Shown here piece by piece: positions 38,439 to 47,531 of a DNA stretch of 64,000 bases. The notes below the pieces were generated by a model. That model was given only the letters and a program-made list of their open reading frames with translations. It was not told where the DNA came from and did not search any database. The position numbers and the translations under genes are program-made. Origin of the DNA: a phage; the NCBI GenBank assembly GCA_025812035.1, contig GCA_025812035.1_4719.1; one strand, given 5' to 3'. How positions within the stretch are numbered: position 1 is the first letter of the stretch; every line of letters starts with the position of its first letter.

Positions 38439-39545
38439 TTAACGAATCTGTGGGACGTTTCCGGTACGGAGCGCCTGGAGGATCGTCAGAAGATCGGAAC
38501 CCGAGGTTGACGAACTGTTTGATTTTTCCAGTTGTTTGAAGCTTACGGTGGTCCCTTGATCCAGACTGTGGAAATAGAAGGTCACCATCTCCTCAGCTTC
38601 GTCGATGATGATCAGTTGCATTGCAAGGGCTTCAGCCATGACTTTCTGGCGTGTATTGTAATCAGATAAACGACGTCCGATCTTACGCTCGATGGCTTCC
38701 TGGTTAGCCTTAGAGATGATATAGGTGGAGGCGATTGCTCCAGAAGAAGGGATCTTTGTGCTCGCTGCCGCTTTTGCAGCATTGATGCGCGCAGCATTCA
38801 CCGCTTTACGGATACCCTCTTTATCCATGCGTGAGATTCGTTTATGTTCACGAACCAAATCGCTAAGCAGGATCATATCACTCCAGAAAGATAGCTCACC
38901 GGCCATCATGCGATGCCAGCGTGCTCGCCAGGTGTTCTGTGGGCCACCGATTGCTAAAATCGATGCAAGCACTTCCGCTGGTGAACTTGCGATACGCATG
39001 CTGATGTTCAACGGCATTTTCATTGTTGCCTGACCGTCGGTCAGCGTCACCGTTAAGAACTTGCCGGTGACCGCGTTTGCATCTTTGTTCAGCAGTTCGA
39101 TCGCAGCGTCGCTGGCTCCAACATCGATGCTATTTTTTTGTTTCCCCTGCAGGTTGAATCCTTTGTCGTCAAGGAAAACAAGGCTTTTGCTATCCGCACT
39201 TTCCAGTGCTAATTTAACAGCCTTATCCATCAGGTTAGCGTTACGATTTGGGTTAACACGACCCAGCGTTTTATCTACACTGATGTTACCCACCTGCATG
39301 ATGGTGTTCAACGCCAGTAAATAGAACCCGGTATACATGTTTTCAGCGGTGCGCATGCAGTTGCCTAACGCATTGCGTGCGTCGCTATAATACAACTCAC
39401 GTTCAAAGATCAGCGGTGCGATAACGCGTGAAGGTTGTGAGAGTTCAACCAGCGAACCTGGTTGGATAAGTTTATTGACTTCGTAGACTTTAGCGATACC
39501 GGACGCAACAACGTTAACAGCGTCGGCAATTTCTGATGCTACCAT
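38439..39545 (-). CDS. hypothetical protein (368 aa)
   Basis: ORF track; AAGGA SD 8 nt upstream of ATG; divergent from the gene at 39580. Confidence 0.6.
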   Translation of the reverse strand: MVASEIADAVNVVASGIAKVYEVNKLIQPGSLVELSQPSRVIAPLIFERELYYSDARNALGNCMRTAENMYTGFYLLALNTIMQVGNISVDKTLGRVNPNRNANLMDKAVKLALESADSKSLVFLDDKGFNLQGKQKNSIDVGASDAAIELLNKDANAVTGKFLTVTLTDGQATMKMPLNISMRIASSPAEVLASILAIGGPQNTWRARWHRMMAGELSFWSDMILLSDLVREHKRISRMDKEGIRKAVNAARINAAKAAASTKIPSSGAIASTYIISKANQEAIERKIGRRLSDYNTRQKVMAEALAMQLIIIDEAEEMVTFYFHSLDQGTTVSFKQLEKSNSSSTSGSDLLTILQALRTGNVPQIR

Positions 39546-39579
39546 ATTGAAATCCTTATTTACAAATAAAGGAAAGAAA

Positions 39580-40785
39580 ATGTCTAATTACTACGACCAA
39601 GCTATTCAAACCATTCAGGAGAATAATGCGTCGTTAACACCCGAAGCTGTGGAGGCAGCGGGTAACGCGGCGTTATTCACCGATTCGGATTGGGCAATAG
39701 CGCGGAAGAATATTCGTACCAGTGTCGGTCAAGGGACATACGAGGACAGTATCGCCAGACGGTATCGGAATGTGTCACCTATTCCGGGTAACAGCCCGAT
39801 TCCGATTAACCGCGATCATGCCGGTATTACCTTCTTCACACGACCTAATTTACATCTTACCGACGCGAACTTAAAACGAGATCGACGTTTGTGGTCGTTA
39901 CGCACGGATAACCCTAACAGCATTCAGGCTGTTGTCCGTGACTACTTGGACCCTGTGGGTGCCAGAAAGCGAAACCATCGAGGACGTGCCATCGTCGATG
40001 AGCGCAATCCATTCATAAGTATACTGACGGATAACCTGACGGATATCAGTGGTTTCAACGACATGGAAATGCAGGTCTATCAGGGTAAACCAGGATTACG
40101 CCAAGAAACCGTTGTGATGGCCGACGGTTCGGTGGATATGTTCCAGCCATATAACCTGAACGCGACGTTCAAGAACATCATGGGTAACCCCATCATGTTC
40201 CTTCATTATATTTGGTTAATTTACATCGCAGGTGTGCATAACGGTGAACTGACACCAAGCCCTCAGGCCATCGTTGATAATGAAATGGATTACTGGACAA
40301 GATGCTATCGCATCATCCTGGATCCGACCGGGATGTATGTTCGTTATATCTTCGCACCGACCGCGATGTTTCCTGTTGGGCTACCGATTGGTAATATGGC
40401 TAACTACAGCGTTGACAAACCCTTCACGCAAGATAACGAACGTATCACTATTCCATATCAAGCGGTTGGCAACAACGCGTTCGATGAGATTCTGAAGGAT
40501 GAATTCAATCGACTTGTCCTGATGTTCTATTACGGTGAGAACGATACCCGTACGTTCCTTGAAGATGAGGAGCTGGTACCTATCTCACCCTACGAGCGTC
40601 GAATCATGTCTTATCGTGTTGATATGTATCCGTTCATTCATCCGTTAACCTCAGAGCTTCTCTGGTTCGTACCCGCTGATGATTACAACGAATTCTATCT
40701 GGACCTTGAACCGTCAGCGTTACCACCGGATACGTTCAGTCGCGATCTTGTCCGTACCACCATTCCGCAAAATTACGAGGGATAA
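39580..40785 (+). CDS. hypothetical protein (~401 aa)
   Basis: ORF track 39547..40785; ATG at 39580 has AAGGAAA SD and avoids overlap with the divergent gene. Confidence 0.55.
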   Translation: MSNYYDQAIQTIQENNASLTPEAVEAAGNAALFTDSDWAIARKNIRTSVGQGTYEDSIARRYRNVSPIPGNSPIPINRDHAGITFFTRPNLHLTDANLKRDRRLWSLRTDNPNSIQAVVRDYLDPVGARKRNHRGRAIVDERNPFISILTDNLTDISGFNDMEMQVYQGKPGLRQETVVMADGSVDMFQPYNLNATFKNIMGNPIMFLHYIWLIYIAGVHNGELTPSPQAIVDNEMDYWTRCYRIILDPTGMYVRYIFAPTAMFPVGLPIGNMANYSVDKPFTQDNERITIPYQAVGNNAFDEILKDEFNRLVLMFYYGENDTRTFLEDEELVPISPYERRIMSYRVDMYPFIHPLTSELLWFVPADDYNEFYLDLEPSALPPDTFSRDLVRTTIPQNYEG

Positions 40786-40788
40786 TAA

Positions 40789-43782
40789 ATGAGCGTAACC
40801 AACAAAGATCTTGCTGAACAGCTCAATCGCTACATGCTTTCACCTATTGAAATGCAGGCTGTTGCAAGCGATATGATCCGTTTGGCTTCTGACGGCGAGT
40901 TAACCTTGGTTGATCCCAGCTGTCCGTTTGTCTATCTGCTGGAGGTTGCAACGGCAACGGCGGCGAACCAGAATGCACGGGATGAATCACGTGTTCGCGA
41001 ACTGTATCCGAAACTTGCAACGAACTGGAGCCAGCTCTATCGTTGGATGTATGACGAGTCGTACGTCGGTCGTTTCGCGATGCCGGGTAAAACAGAAATC
41101 ATTTATTCGTTAGGGTACCAGGAAATCCTTGATCGCGCTGTAGAAATTCCAAACACCGCTGCCTCCGACGATTTAAGTCGTTCCTACAGCCGTAAGTTAG
41201 TGATACCGCGTACAACGGCGTTTACGGTAGCCGGAATGGATTTCGGATTGCATTACCCTATCGAAATCCAAGTGCAAGCGCACGATCAGATACGTGCTGT
41301 TTATAACACCGACAACATCAGCCCGTTACAAACCTTGGAGAGTAACCAGGTCGAATACGGGGTTGTTCGCGTAAAAGCGGGTAAGGTGTTGGTTATGCGT
41401 ATCCCGCTGTTCCAGTTTAAAACGCTGGTAAAAGATGTGCCGTTTAACAGCATTCACGGGATGAACAGCAGCATTACCTTCGAAGATCAGTTTTACCATT
41501 GCCGTGCGTATATGTCGTCGGATAACGATACCTGGACGGAGATAGCGACAACACACAGCCAGCAGATCTATGATCCGTTAACACCAACCATCGCGTTACA
41601 AGTAGAAGGGAATAAACTTAACTGGCGTGTTCCTGAAATTTATTTGTCTCAAGGTACGATGGATAAAAGCACCATTCGACTTGAGGTGTTGACGACGAAA
41701 GGGAAAATCAGCGTCGACCCATCCGATTACGATGTGACCGATTGGAAAGATAACTACATCGATTTGTCGCCAAAAGCTGAACAGAAATACAGTGCGCCGT
41801 TAAGTGCGTTCAACATTAAAGGGATTTATAGTGAAGGAGCGTTGTCGGGTGGACGATCCGCGTTAACGTTCGAGGAACAACGTGAGCGTGTTATGGCGGG
41901 CGTGAACAAAACCAAGATACCTATCACGGGTACGCAGGTAGAGCTGGTGCTTCAAGATGCGGGTTACGGGATGGTGACCACCATCGACAACGTAACCAAT
42001 CGTTCGTTCCTGGCAACCCGAGATTTACCGCAACTGAGCGATAGCGTGCCTCAAGCCGGTTCGTTGATGGGGTCTTTCTATACGTCAGCTGCAGCATTGG
42101 TGAAAAGTAAGTTTGTCGCTGATAACGGCGATCGCATTACGATTAAACCGGATTGTTTGTATCGCGATAGTAACGGAAGCATTACGTTGTTACCGGACGA
42201 TGAAATCGATCGAATTAACGCGAGTGATTCGGACACTAAGCTGAATGCGGTAAACAATGCCATGCTTTGCTATAGTCCGTTTCATTACGTATTAGACACA
42301 TCTGGTGATTTTGACATCCATGCTTATTACTTGGATAATCCTAAAATCGGCACGCAGGCTTTCCTCGACGCGAACGAGACAATCCCGTTAACCGCCATGG
42401 TAACCGGATACCGTCTGGATCGTATTGCTGAAGGATATCGCCTGAGCCTCATTGTAGAGGGTAACGACGCATGGAAAGCGCTCGACGATAAAAACGTGCA
42501 CGTACAGCTGGGGTTCAATCCGCGGGGTGAGGGTGACTACGCTACGATGTTAGCGTCACCTACAACCGATGAGCAGGGTCGTCGTTTGTTCACCTTCGAC
42601 ATCACCACGAACTATGATTTTACGCGTATCCTGTCTGACGATTCCACGGCGTATGAACCGTATATCGCGTTGACTTCGTTCTCGATGTATGAATCAACGC
42701 CACGGGATTATTGGGCATCGCTGCAGCAGTATCTGGAAATCTTCCACGTGGTGACGGATTATGCGCCAGAAGACGTCGATGGTATTTTACACAGTGCTTC
42801 CGATAATTACCTGGTTAAGAAACTCACGCTTCAAAACGGGTATTGTTTCTACCGTGAACGTCTTACCGCAACCTTTGGTTATGATCTGGATGGTCTCTGG
42901 ATGCGTTCTCGTACGGTGGCCTCGGAGATTACGTATAAGCGTTATACCGAGAACATTCCGTGGTTATACGAAGAAGATATTCCAGCAACCGATGAGACCG
43001 GTTCTGTTATCATTGAACAAGGTGATGATGGTACATTATCGGTTAAATATCTACACCGTAAGGGAGATCCGAAATTAAACAGTGATGGAAGCCAAGCCTA
43101 TCGCTACCTGAAAGGCGACATCATGAAAGATAATTACGGTAATCCGATCCCTGTCGATGAGCGTGAGGTTCTGCGTAACCTGGACATGTTCTTTATTGAT
43201 GCGTCGTATCTGTTAGCGAACGATACAGACGTGATTGCGTATCGTAATGCGATCCCTACGCAACTTATCGAGTGGATCCAGAATGATATCAGCACGTTCA
43301 GGAATTTCTGTTATGAAGAAACAGAGATTTCGCTGTATCCTAAACAATCGCTGGGGTATGTGGATGTTATTGTGGAAAACGGATTGGAAACAACGCTTCC
43401 TGCTGCCCTATCGTTCAACGTGACGCTTTACTTACCGGCTAAGCAATACGCTGACTTGGATTTACGTCAAGTCCTTCAAGCGATGGTGTCGAGAGTCATT
43501 AATGAATGCTTAACATCCCGTACAGTGGCTAAAGCAGAAATGATCGCGATGATTCGTGAGGAAGGAGGTGACGATATCCTGAACGTTGAAATCGATGATT
43601 TTGGACCAGGTAAGAACCTCAGTGTTTATACGGCGAAGAACGATGGCGTTCGTTGTGCTGTGAAGAAAGAGCTTTATGTGAAAGCGGATGGTATCTTGTC
43701 CGTACGCGAAGCGATTGATGTGAGTTTTGTGAAACACGCACAAAGCAACAGCACCGCGTTAGCGCAAGGTCTTCGGATCTAA
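40789..43782 (+). CDS. hypothetical large protein (997 aa), probably structural
   Basis: ORF track; starts 4 nt after the upstream stop; ends at a bidirectional terminator. Confidence 0.6.
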   Translation: MSVTNKDLAEQLNRYMLSPIEMQAVASDMIRLASDGELTLVDPSCPFVYLLEVATATAANQNARDESRVRELYPKLATNWSQLYRWMYDESYVGRFAMPGKTEIIYSLGYQEILDRAVEIPNTAASDDLSRSYSRKLVIPRTTAFTVAGMDFGLHYPIEIQVQAHDQIRAVYNTDNISPLQTLESNQVEYGVVRVKAGKVLVMRIPLFQFKTLVKDVPFNSIHGMNSSITFEDQFYHCRAYMSSDNDTWTEIATTHSQQIYDPLTPTIALQVEGNKLNWRVPEIYLSQGTMDKSTIRLEVLTTKGKISVDPSDYDVTDWKDNYIDLSPKAEQKYSAPLSAFNIKGIYSEGALSGGRSALTFEEQRERVMAGVNKTKIPITGTQVELVLQDAGYGMVTTIDNVTNRSFLATRDLPQLSDSVPQAGSLMGSFYTSAAALVKSKFVADNGDRITIKPDCLYRDSNGSITLLPDDEIDRINASDSDTKLNAVNNAMLCYSPFHYVLDTSGDFDIHAYYLDNPKIGTQAFLDANETIPLTAMVTGYRLDRIAEGYRLSLIVEGNDAWKALDDKNVHVQLGFNPRGEGDYATMLASPTTDEQGRRLFTFDITTNYDFTRILSDDSTAYEPYIALTSFSMYESTPRDYWASLQQYLEIFHVVTDYAPEDVDGILHSASDNYLVKKLTLQNGYCFYRERLTATFGYDLDGLWMRSRTVASEITYKRYTENIPWLYEEDIPATDETGSVIIEQGDDGTLSVKYLHRKGDPKLNSDGSQAYRYLKGDIMKDNYGNPIPVDEREVLRNLDMFFIDASYLLANDTDVIAYRNAIPTQLIEWIQNDISTFRNFCYEETEISLYPKQSLGYVDVIVENGLETTLPAALSFNVTLYLPAKQYADLDLRQVLQAMVSRVINECLTSRTVAKAEMIAMIREEGGDDILNVEIDDFGPGKNLSVYTAKNDGVRCAVKKELYVKADGILSVREAIDVSFVKHAQSNSTALAQGLRI

Positions 43783-43803
43783 AACAAAATAGCAAGTACA
43801 TAA

Positions 43804-43835
43804 CCCTCCTCCAACCCGTAAGGGAAGGAGGAGGG
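43804..43835. terminator. bidirectional hairpin between convergent large genes
   Basis: CCCTCCTCC-AACCCGTAAGGGAA-GGAGGAGGG, same inner loop as the 18203 copy. Confidence 0.65.
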
Positions 43836-43844
43836 AATATGTTG

Positions 43845-46800
43845 TTATCTTACGTTAGTACTATTCTGCTGTTCGCTGAACCAACCATAAACCTTGAGAT
43901 CGGTACCGTATTTCAGTGCGATATACGCATTCAGTGCTGCACAGAACAAAGACGCGAATGCCCATACCAGCGAAGGATCGACATCTTCCGTTACCGCCAC
44001 CAGGGTAGCCTCTGGTTCCCATGACGGAGAACTGTCTGTAAACGTCGTGAACCATGCCCGACGTTGTTCTTCAGTGGTAAAGTCGCTATGTGGCTCCAAC
44101 GCTTCTTTTGCCAAACGTCGATATTCGGTCATATGAATCGCGAGAGCCGCTGAGCTATCATATTTGCATTCATAGTTCGGATCAACAGCACAACAGAGTT
44201 CTGCGGAATCCAACAAAGCAAGCGCTTGTTTGATGCTGTCGGTGGTGCCTGCACTATAAAGCTCGATAGACTGCGAAAGCTTTTCACAGAACGCATTTAA
44301 CGCGGCAGGATCGGATACCTGAAGGTCAAGACCTAATGTCCACGGATAGTTACTGAACACACCCGTAAACTGCGGCATAACACCCAACAGATGTTGTCCG
44401 ATTACAGCGCGGTTATAAGTAGCCCGATTATAGACTTGAAACGCGGCCTCCAATGCTTGGTTATAATGACGACGAAGTTCGTCACGCGTGTTGCGGAATC
44501 TGTTCGCCGCGAGACTCGTAGCTGCGACGCTACAAACATCGTAACCAGTGGACGAGAGCACAACGTCGTTAAGATCGAACGCTTCCTGTTTCAACGATCC
44601 ATTAACAGCTACCGCTTCGCTGTTCGCTTTATCGACAACCGTACTCAACGCGTTGATATAACGTTTAGCGCGGACTTCCAACCATTGTGCAATACCGAGA
44701 ATATCTACCGCGGCTTTAGCAAGATCGCGTGCGTTCACGATTTCGTTCTTCAAGGCACCCAACCCTTTATTCTCAGGCGAAGAGGCTTGTTGACGAATCA
44801 TGCTGTTTAACATGGTAAGCAGATTATCCAACTCATGTCCGCTGACCTTGTTACGCGCATCGGTAATCGGCCCTTGCAGGAATTTACGGCAACCATCGTT
44901 GTATCGAATCAGTTTATCCACATCGATCGACTCGTTAGCGGATTCCTTGAACTGATTCTTCAATTCTTCACGGTAATCATGAATTTCACTTGCAAGATTG
45001 TCGACAGTGATACCATCATGTTCGAGAAGAACTTTATTGAAGTTACCTTTCTCGAATGCAAGAGCAAGACCTTCGCGAATCTTAGCGAGTTTATCCTGAT
45101 CGAGTTCACGACCGTTTGATAACTCTTTCACTTCCGAGCTGATTAATGCTGCAACGTTACCCAGATTGTCGGTAACCCCTTTGAATGTCCCCGACCAAAT
45201 CGTTCCCGCTTCAGCATATTTCGCAATGGTCTGAATACCGACGGTATGCAATGACGCTAAACGTTTCTTCGTGCCTTCGGTAAGCAGTGCGTCTTTAGCT
45301 CGCGTAAGCTGGCTGTTATTAGCTTCCGCTTGCTGAATCGCTGCTTTCGCATTTCCATTACGCCAGCTCTTAACCAACCAATCAACCAGACGTTTTAGGA
45401 TGTTGACGGTATATTCCATCGTCCGCCGTAACGTCTCCCACGCGCTTTCAGCGGTATAAATGCCGTACCCTTCCATCGTCAACGCTTTCAAGCTTGTTTG
45501 ACGTGCCAGCCATTCTACCGTTGCAGAGCAAACGTTTACTAATGCTTCCAGGTAGTTGTAATAGACGTCTGTTGCCGACGTTTCGTTGAACTTTGAATGC
45601 AGATAGAACTGATCGTAAAGTTCGTCGTCATCACCGAAGGCATCATAGTTCCACAGTTCTGTATCACAACCTGTGCCGCAGAAGACGTCAGCTGTCGTAA
45701 ACTCTTTAAGCGCTTTAGCGGCGTCATTTGTCAGGAATTTACCTGTTTCAACTACATCGTCGACATTAAGTTTGGGGAGTTCGTCGGTGACCGGCTCTTC
45801 CAACATCAGCATATTGAAGAATGTGCTATACTTGTATCCGAGCCATTTTGGATAGCTGCTTTCAGGGATCGTAGACAGCGGCTTGATTTTCTTGGCTTCA
45901 GCCAACGTGTCTTTTGCGACCTGATATTGGTTTTCCCCAGCCTTGACGCGACGTAATGCTTTTTCTTCCAACTGCTTGAGTTTGGTATGTCGTGCTTGTG
46001 CTGGAGCTTCAACAAGTTTTTGTACGGACCGCATTGCTGATATCGCTTCTTTTAATACGATCATCGGCATACGAACTTTACCGTCGTCGAAACTAAGAGC
46101 GCGAGCGACACGTTTACTTACGACAGGCTTATCATGGATATTTCGTTCCACCCACGATTTGTTTGCGTAAGTTTGAGCGATCTGCTGTTGGATATTTTCA
46201 AGGTATTTCCAGCCGTTGGAAGCTTTGTTATCCAGAAGCGGATTCGGTCCCTTCTTATCGAAAAGTTTCAGAATCGGACCAAAGAAACCTTCCTGTACGA
46301 GTTCGATACGCGTGTATCCGTCAGCCGCTTCGATTTCTTCTTGGGTTTTGTCCCAGAGCTGTTCACTACGGACAGCAGTAGCTGTTTCAGATACCGACAT
46401 AACAAGCTCGGCAACAACTTCAGCGCAGGTCAGTACGGTACGCACGCATTGCAGTAGCATACGCTGGTAAACGATACGTGCGTTTTGTAGACGTGCGATA
46501 ACCGCTAAATAACCGATATTGTCAAGACGTTCGTCGGCTTGAGCAGAGTCAACACGTTCTATCAGTTGTTTCACCAACGCGGCTGTTTCCGGATAATCGT
46601 TCACGACGTCACGCATAATTCGTGATGCGAAAACCGCGGTACCTAAAACGTTAAGAAGTGTTTTACCGTCCCATTCTTTTGGTGTCGCTACCGATTCGGT
46701 AGGGATGAGATTTCCCGCTTGGTCGAAGTACGGCATAAGGACATTGATATCCGTAGACGGTACTGCGGTGACTGCGTTGTACTCTTCATCCGCACCATCG

Positions 46801-47450
46801 TCGCCGGATGGTTGTATAGCGAGTGCCTGTTCAAGGATTTTGCGGTCAACAGCATAAAGCGCTGATAGGGCCTGTGTTACCGCAACCAGATCAACAACCG
46901 GTGACCAGAGCTGTGCGAGTTTATCCTTGTATTTCTGTACAGCAATAACGAGGTCTTCTTTTACGTCAGGATGATTGATTAAACCACCCAACGCTTCATG
47001 GACTGCAGAAAAACGTTCAGAATGCGCTTGAGTTAATGCGACAAAATCGTCAACGTACGATGCATTTTCTTCAAGGCGTGCAAGTTCCTGCTCCAGGAGA
47101 TCTTTTACTTGCGTGGCGGATGCGTTTCTCAACTGTTCCCCGATAATCGCGATGGCTTTATCGACAACACGACAAGCTTCATTGAACCCGGTCGTTGATG
47201 GTAACTCGGTCCATAATGCCAGCGGCTTACCTTCCATTGCGTCAGGAAGGGAGTACGACAGCATTGTTAGTTGCTGACGCGATACCTGTTTATCACGATG
47301 TAGCGTTTCTTTCAACGCCAGAAGCTCATCAAGACCCACACTGCTGGGGATCGTGGGATGTGATACAGCGTTGATGTTTTCTGCTAATGACTCAAGAACC
47401 AATAAACCATTTTCAGCGGTAGAGAAACCTGCTTTAAGGTATTTGTTCAT
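43845..47450 (-). CDS. hypothetical very large protein (1201 aa), probably virion-associated
   Basis: ORF track; GGAG SD; start immediately follows a 12-bp-stem hairpin. Confidence 0.6.
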   Translation of the reverse strand: MNKYLKAGFSTAENGLLVLESLAENINAVSHPTIPSSVGLDELLALKETLHRDKQVSRQQLTMLSYSLPDAMEGKPLALWTELPSTTGFNEACRVVDKAIAIIGEQLRNASATQVKDLLEQELARLEENASYVDDFVALTQAHSERFSAVHEALGGLINHPDVKEDLVIAVQKYKDKLAQLWSPVVDLVAVTQALSALYAVDRKILEQALAIQPSGDDGADEEYNAVTAVPSTDINVLMPYFDQAGNLIPTESVATPKEWDGKTLLNVLGTAVFASRIMRDVVNDYPETAALVKQLIERVDSAQADERLDNIGYLAVIARLQNARIVYQRMLLQCVRTVLTCAEVVAELVMSVSETATAVRSEQLWDKTQEEIEAADGYTRIELVQEGFFGPILKLFDKKGPNPLLDNKASNGWKYLENIQQQIAQTYANKSWVERNIHDKPVVSKRVARALSFDDGKVRMPMIVLKEAISAMRSVQKLVEAPAQARHTKLKQLEEKALRRVKAGENQYQVAKDTLAEAKKIKPLSTIPESSYPKWLGYKYSTFFNMLMLEEPVTDELPKLNVDDVVETGKFLTNDAAKALKEFTTADVFCGTGCDTELWNYDAFGDDDELYDQFYLHSKFNETSATDVYYNYLEALVNVCSATVEWLARQTSLKALTMEGYGIYTAESAWETLRRTMEYTVNILKRLVDWLVKSWRNGNAKAAIQQAEANNSQLTRAKDALLTEGTKKRLASLHTVGIQTIAKYAEAGTIWSGTFKGVTDNLGNVAALISSEVKELSNGRELDQDKLAKIREGLALAFEKGNFNKVLLEHDGITVDNLASEIHDYREELKNQFKESANESIDVDKLIRYNDGCRKFLQGPITDARNKVSGHELDNLLTMLNSMIRQQASSPENKGLGALKNEIVNARDLAKAAVDILGIAQWLEVRAKRYINALSTVVDKANSEAVAVNGSLKQEAFDLNDVVLSSTGYDVCSVAATSLAANRFRNTRDELRRHYNQALEAAFQVYNRATYNRAVIGQHLLGVMPQFTGVFSNYPWTLGLDLQVSDPAALNAFCEKLSQSIELYSAGTTDSIKQALALLDSAELCCAVDPNYECKYDSSAALAIHMTEYRRLAKEALEPHSDFTTEEQRRAWFTTFTDSSPSWEPEATLVAVTEDVDPSLVWAFASLFCAALNAYIALKYGTDLKVYGWFSEQQNSTNVR

Positions 47451-47465
47451 AAAACACTCCGTTGA

Positions 47466-47496
47466 CCTAGGTGGAGGTTATTGGCCTCCACCTAGG
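47466..47496 (-). terminator. hairpin with perfect 12-bp stem, immediately upstream of the 1201-aa gene
   Basis: CCTAGGTGGAGG-TTATTGG-CCTCCACCTAGG; on minus followed by CAACGGAGTGTTTTATG (SD and start of next gene). Confidence 0.5.
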
Positions 47497-47531
47497 GTTG
47501 AACAACACGTACGGTTATACGGTACGCACGA

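Noticed and set aside
36970-40785. PhuZ-type tubulin or chimallin among the 300-400 aa ORFs at 36.9-40.8 kb
   Set aside because: No GGGTGSG-type tubulin signature or other recognisable motif in any of them.
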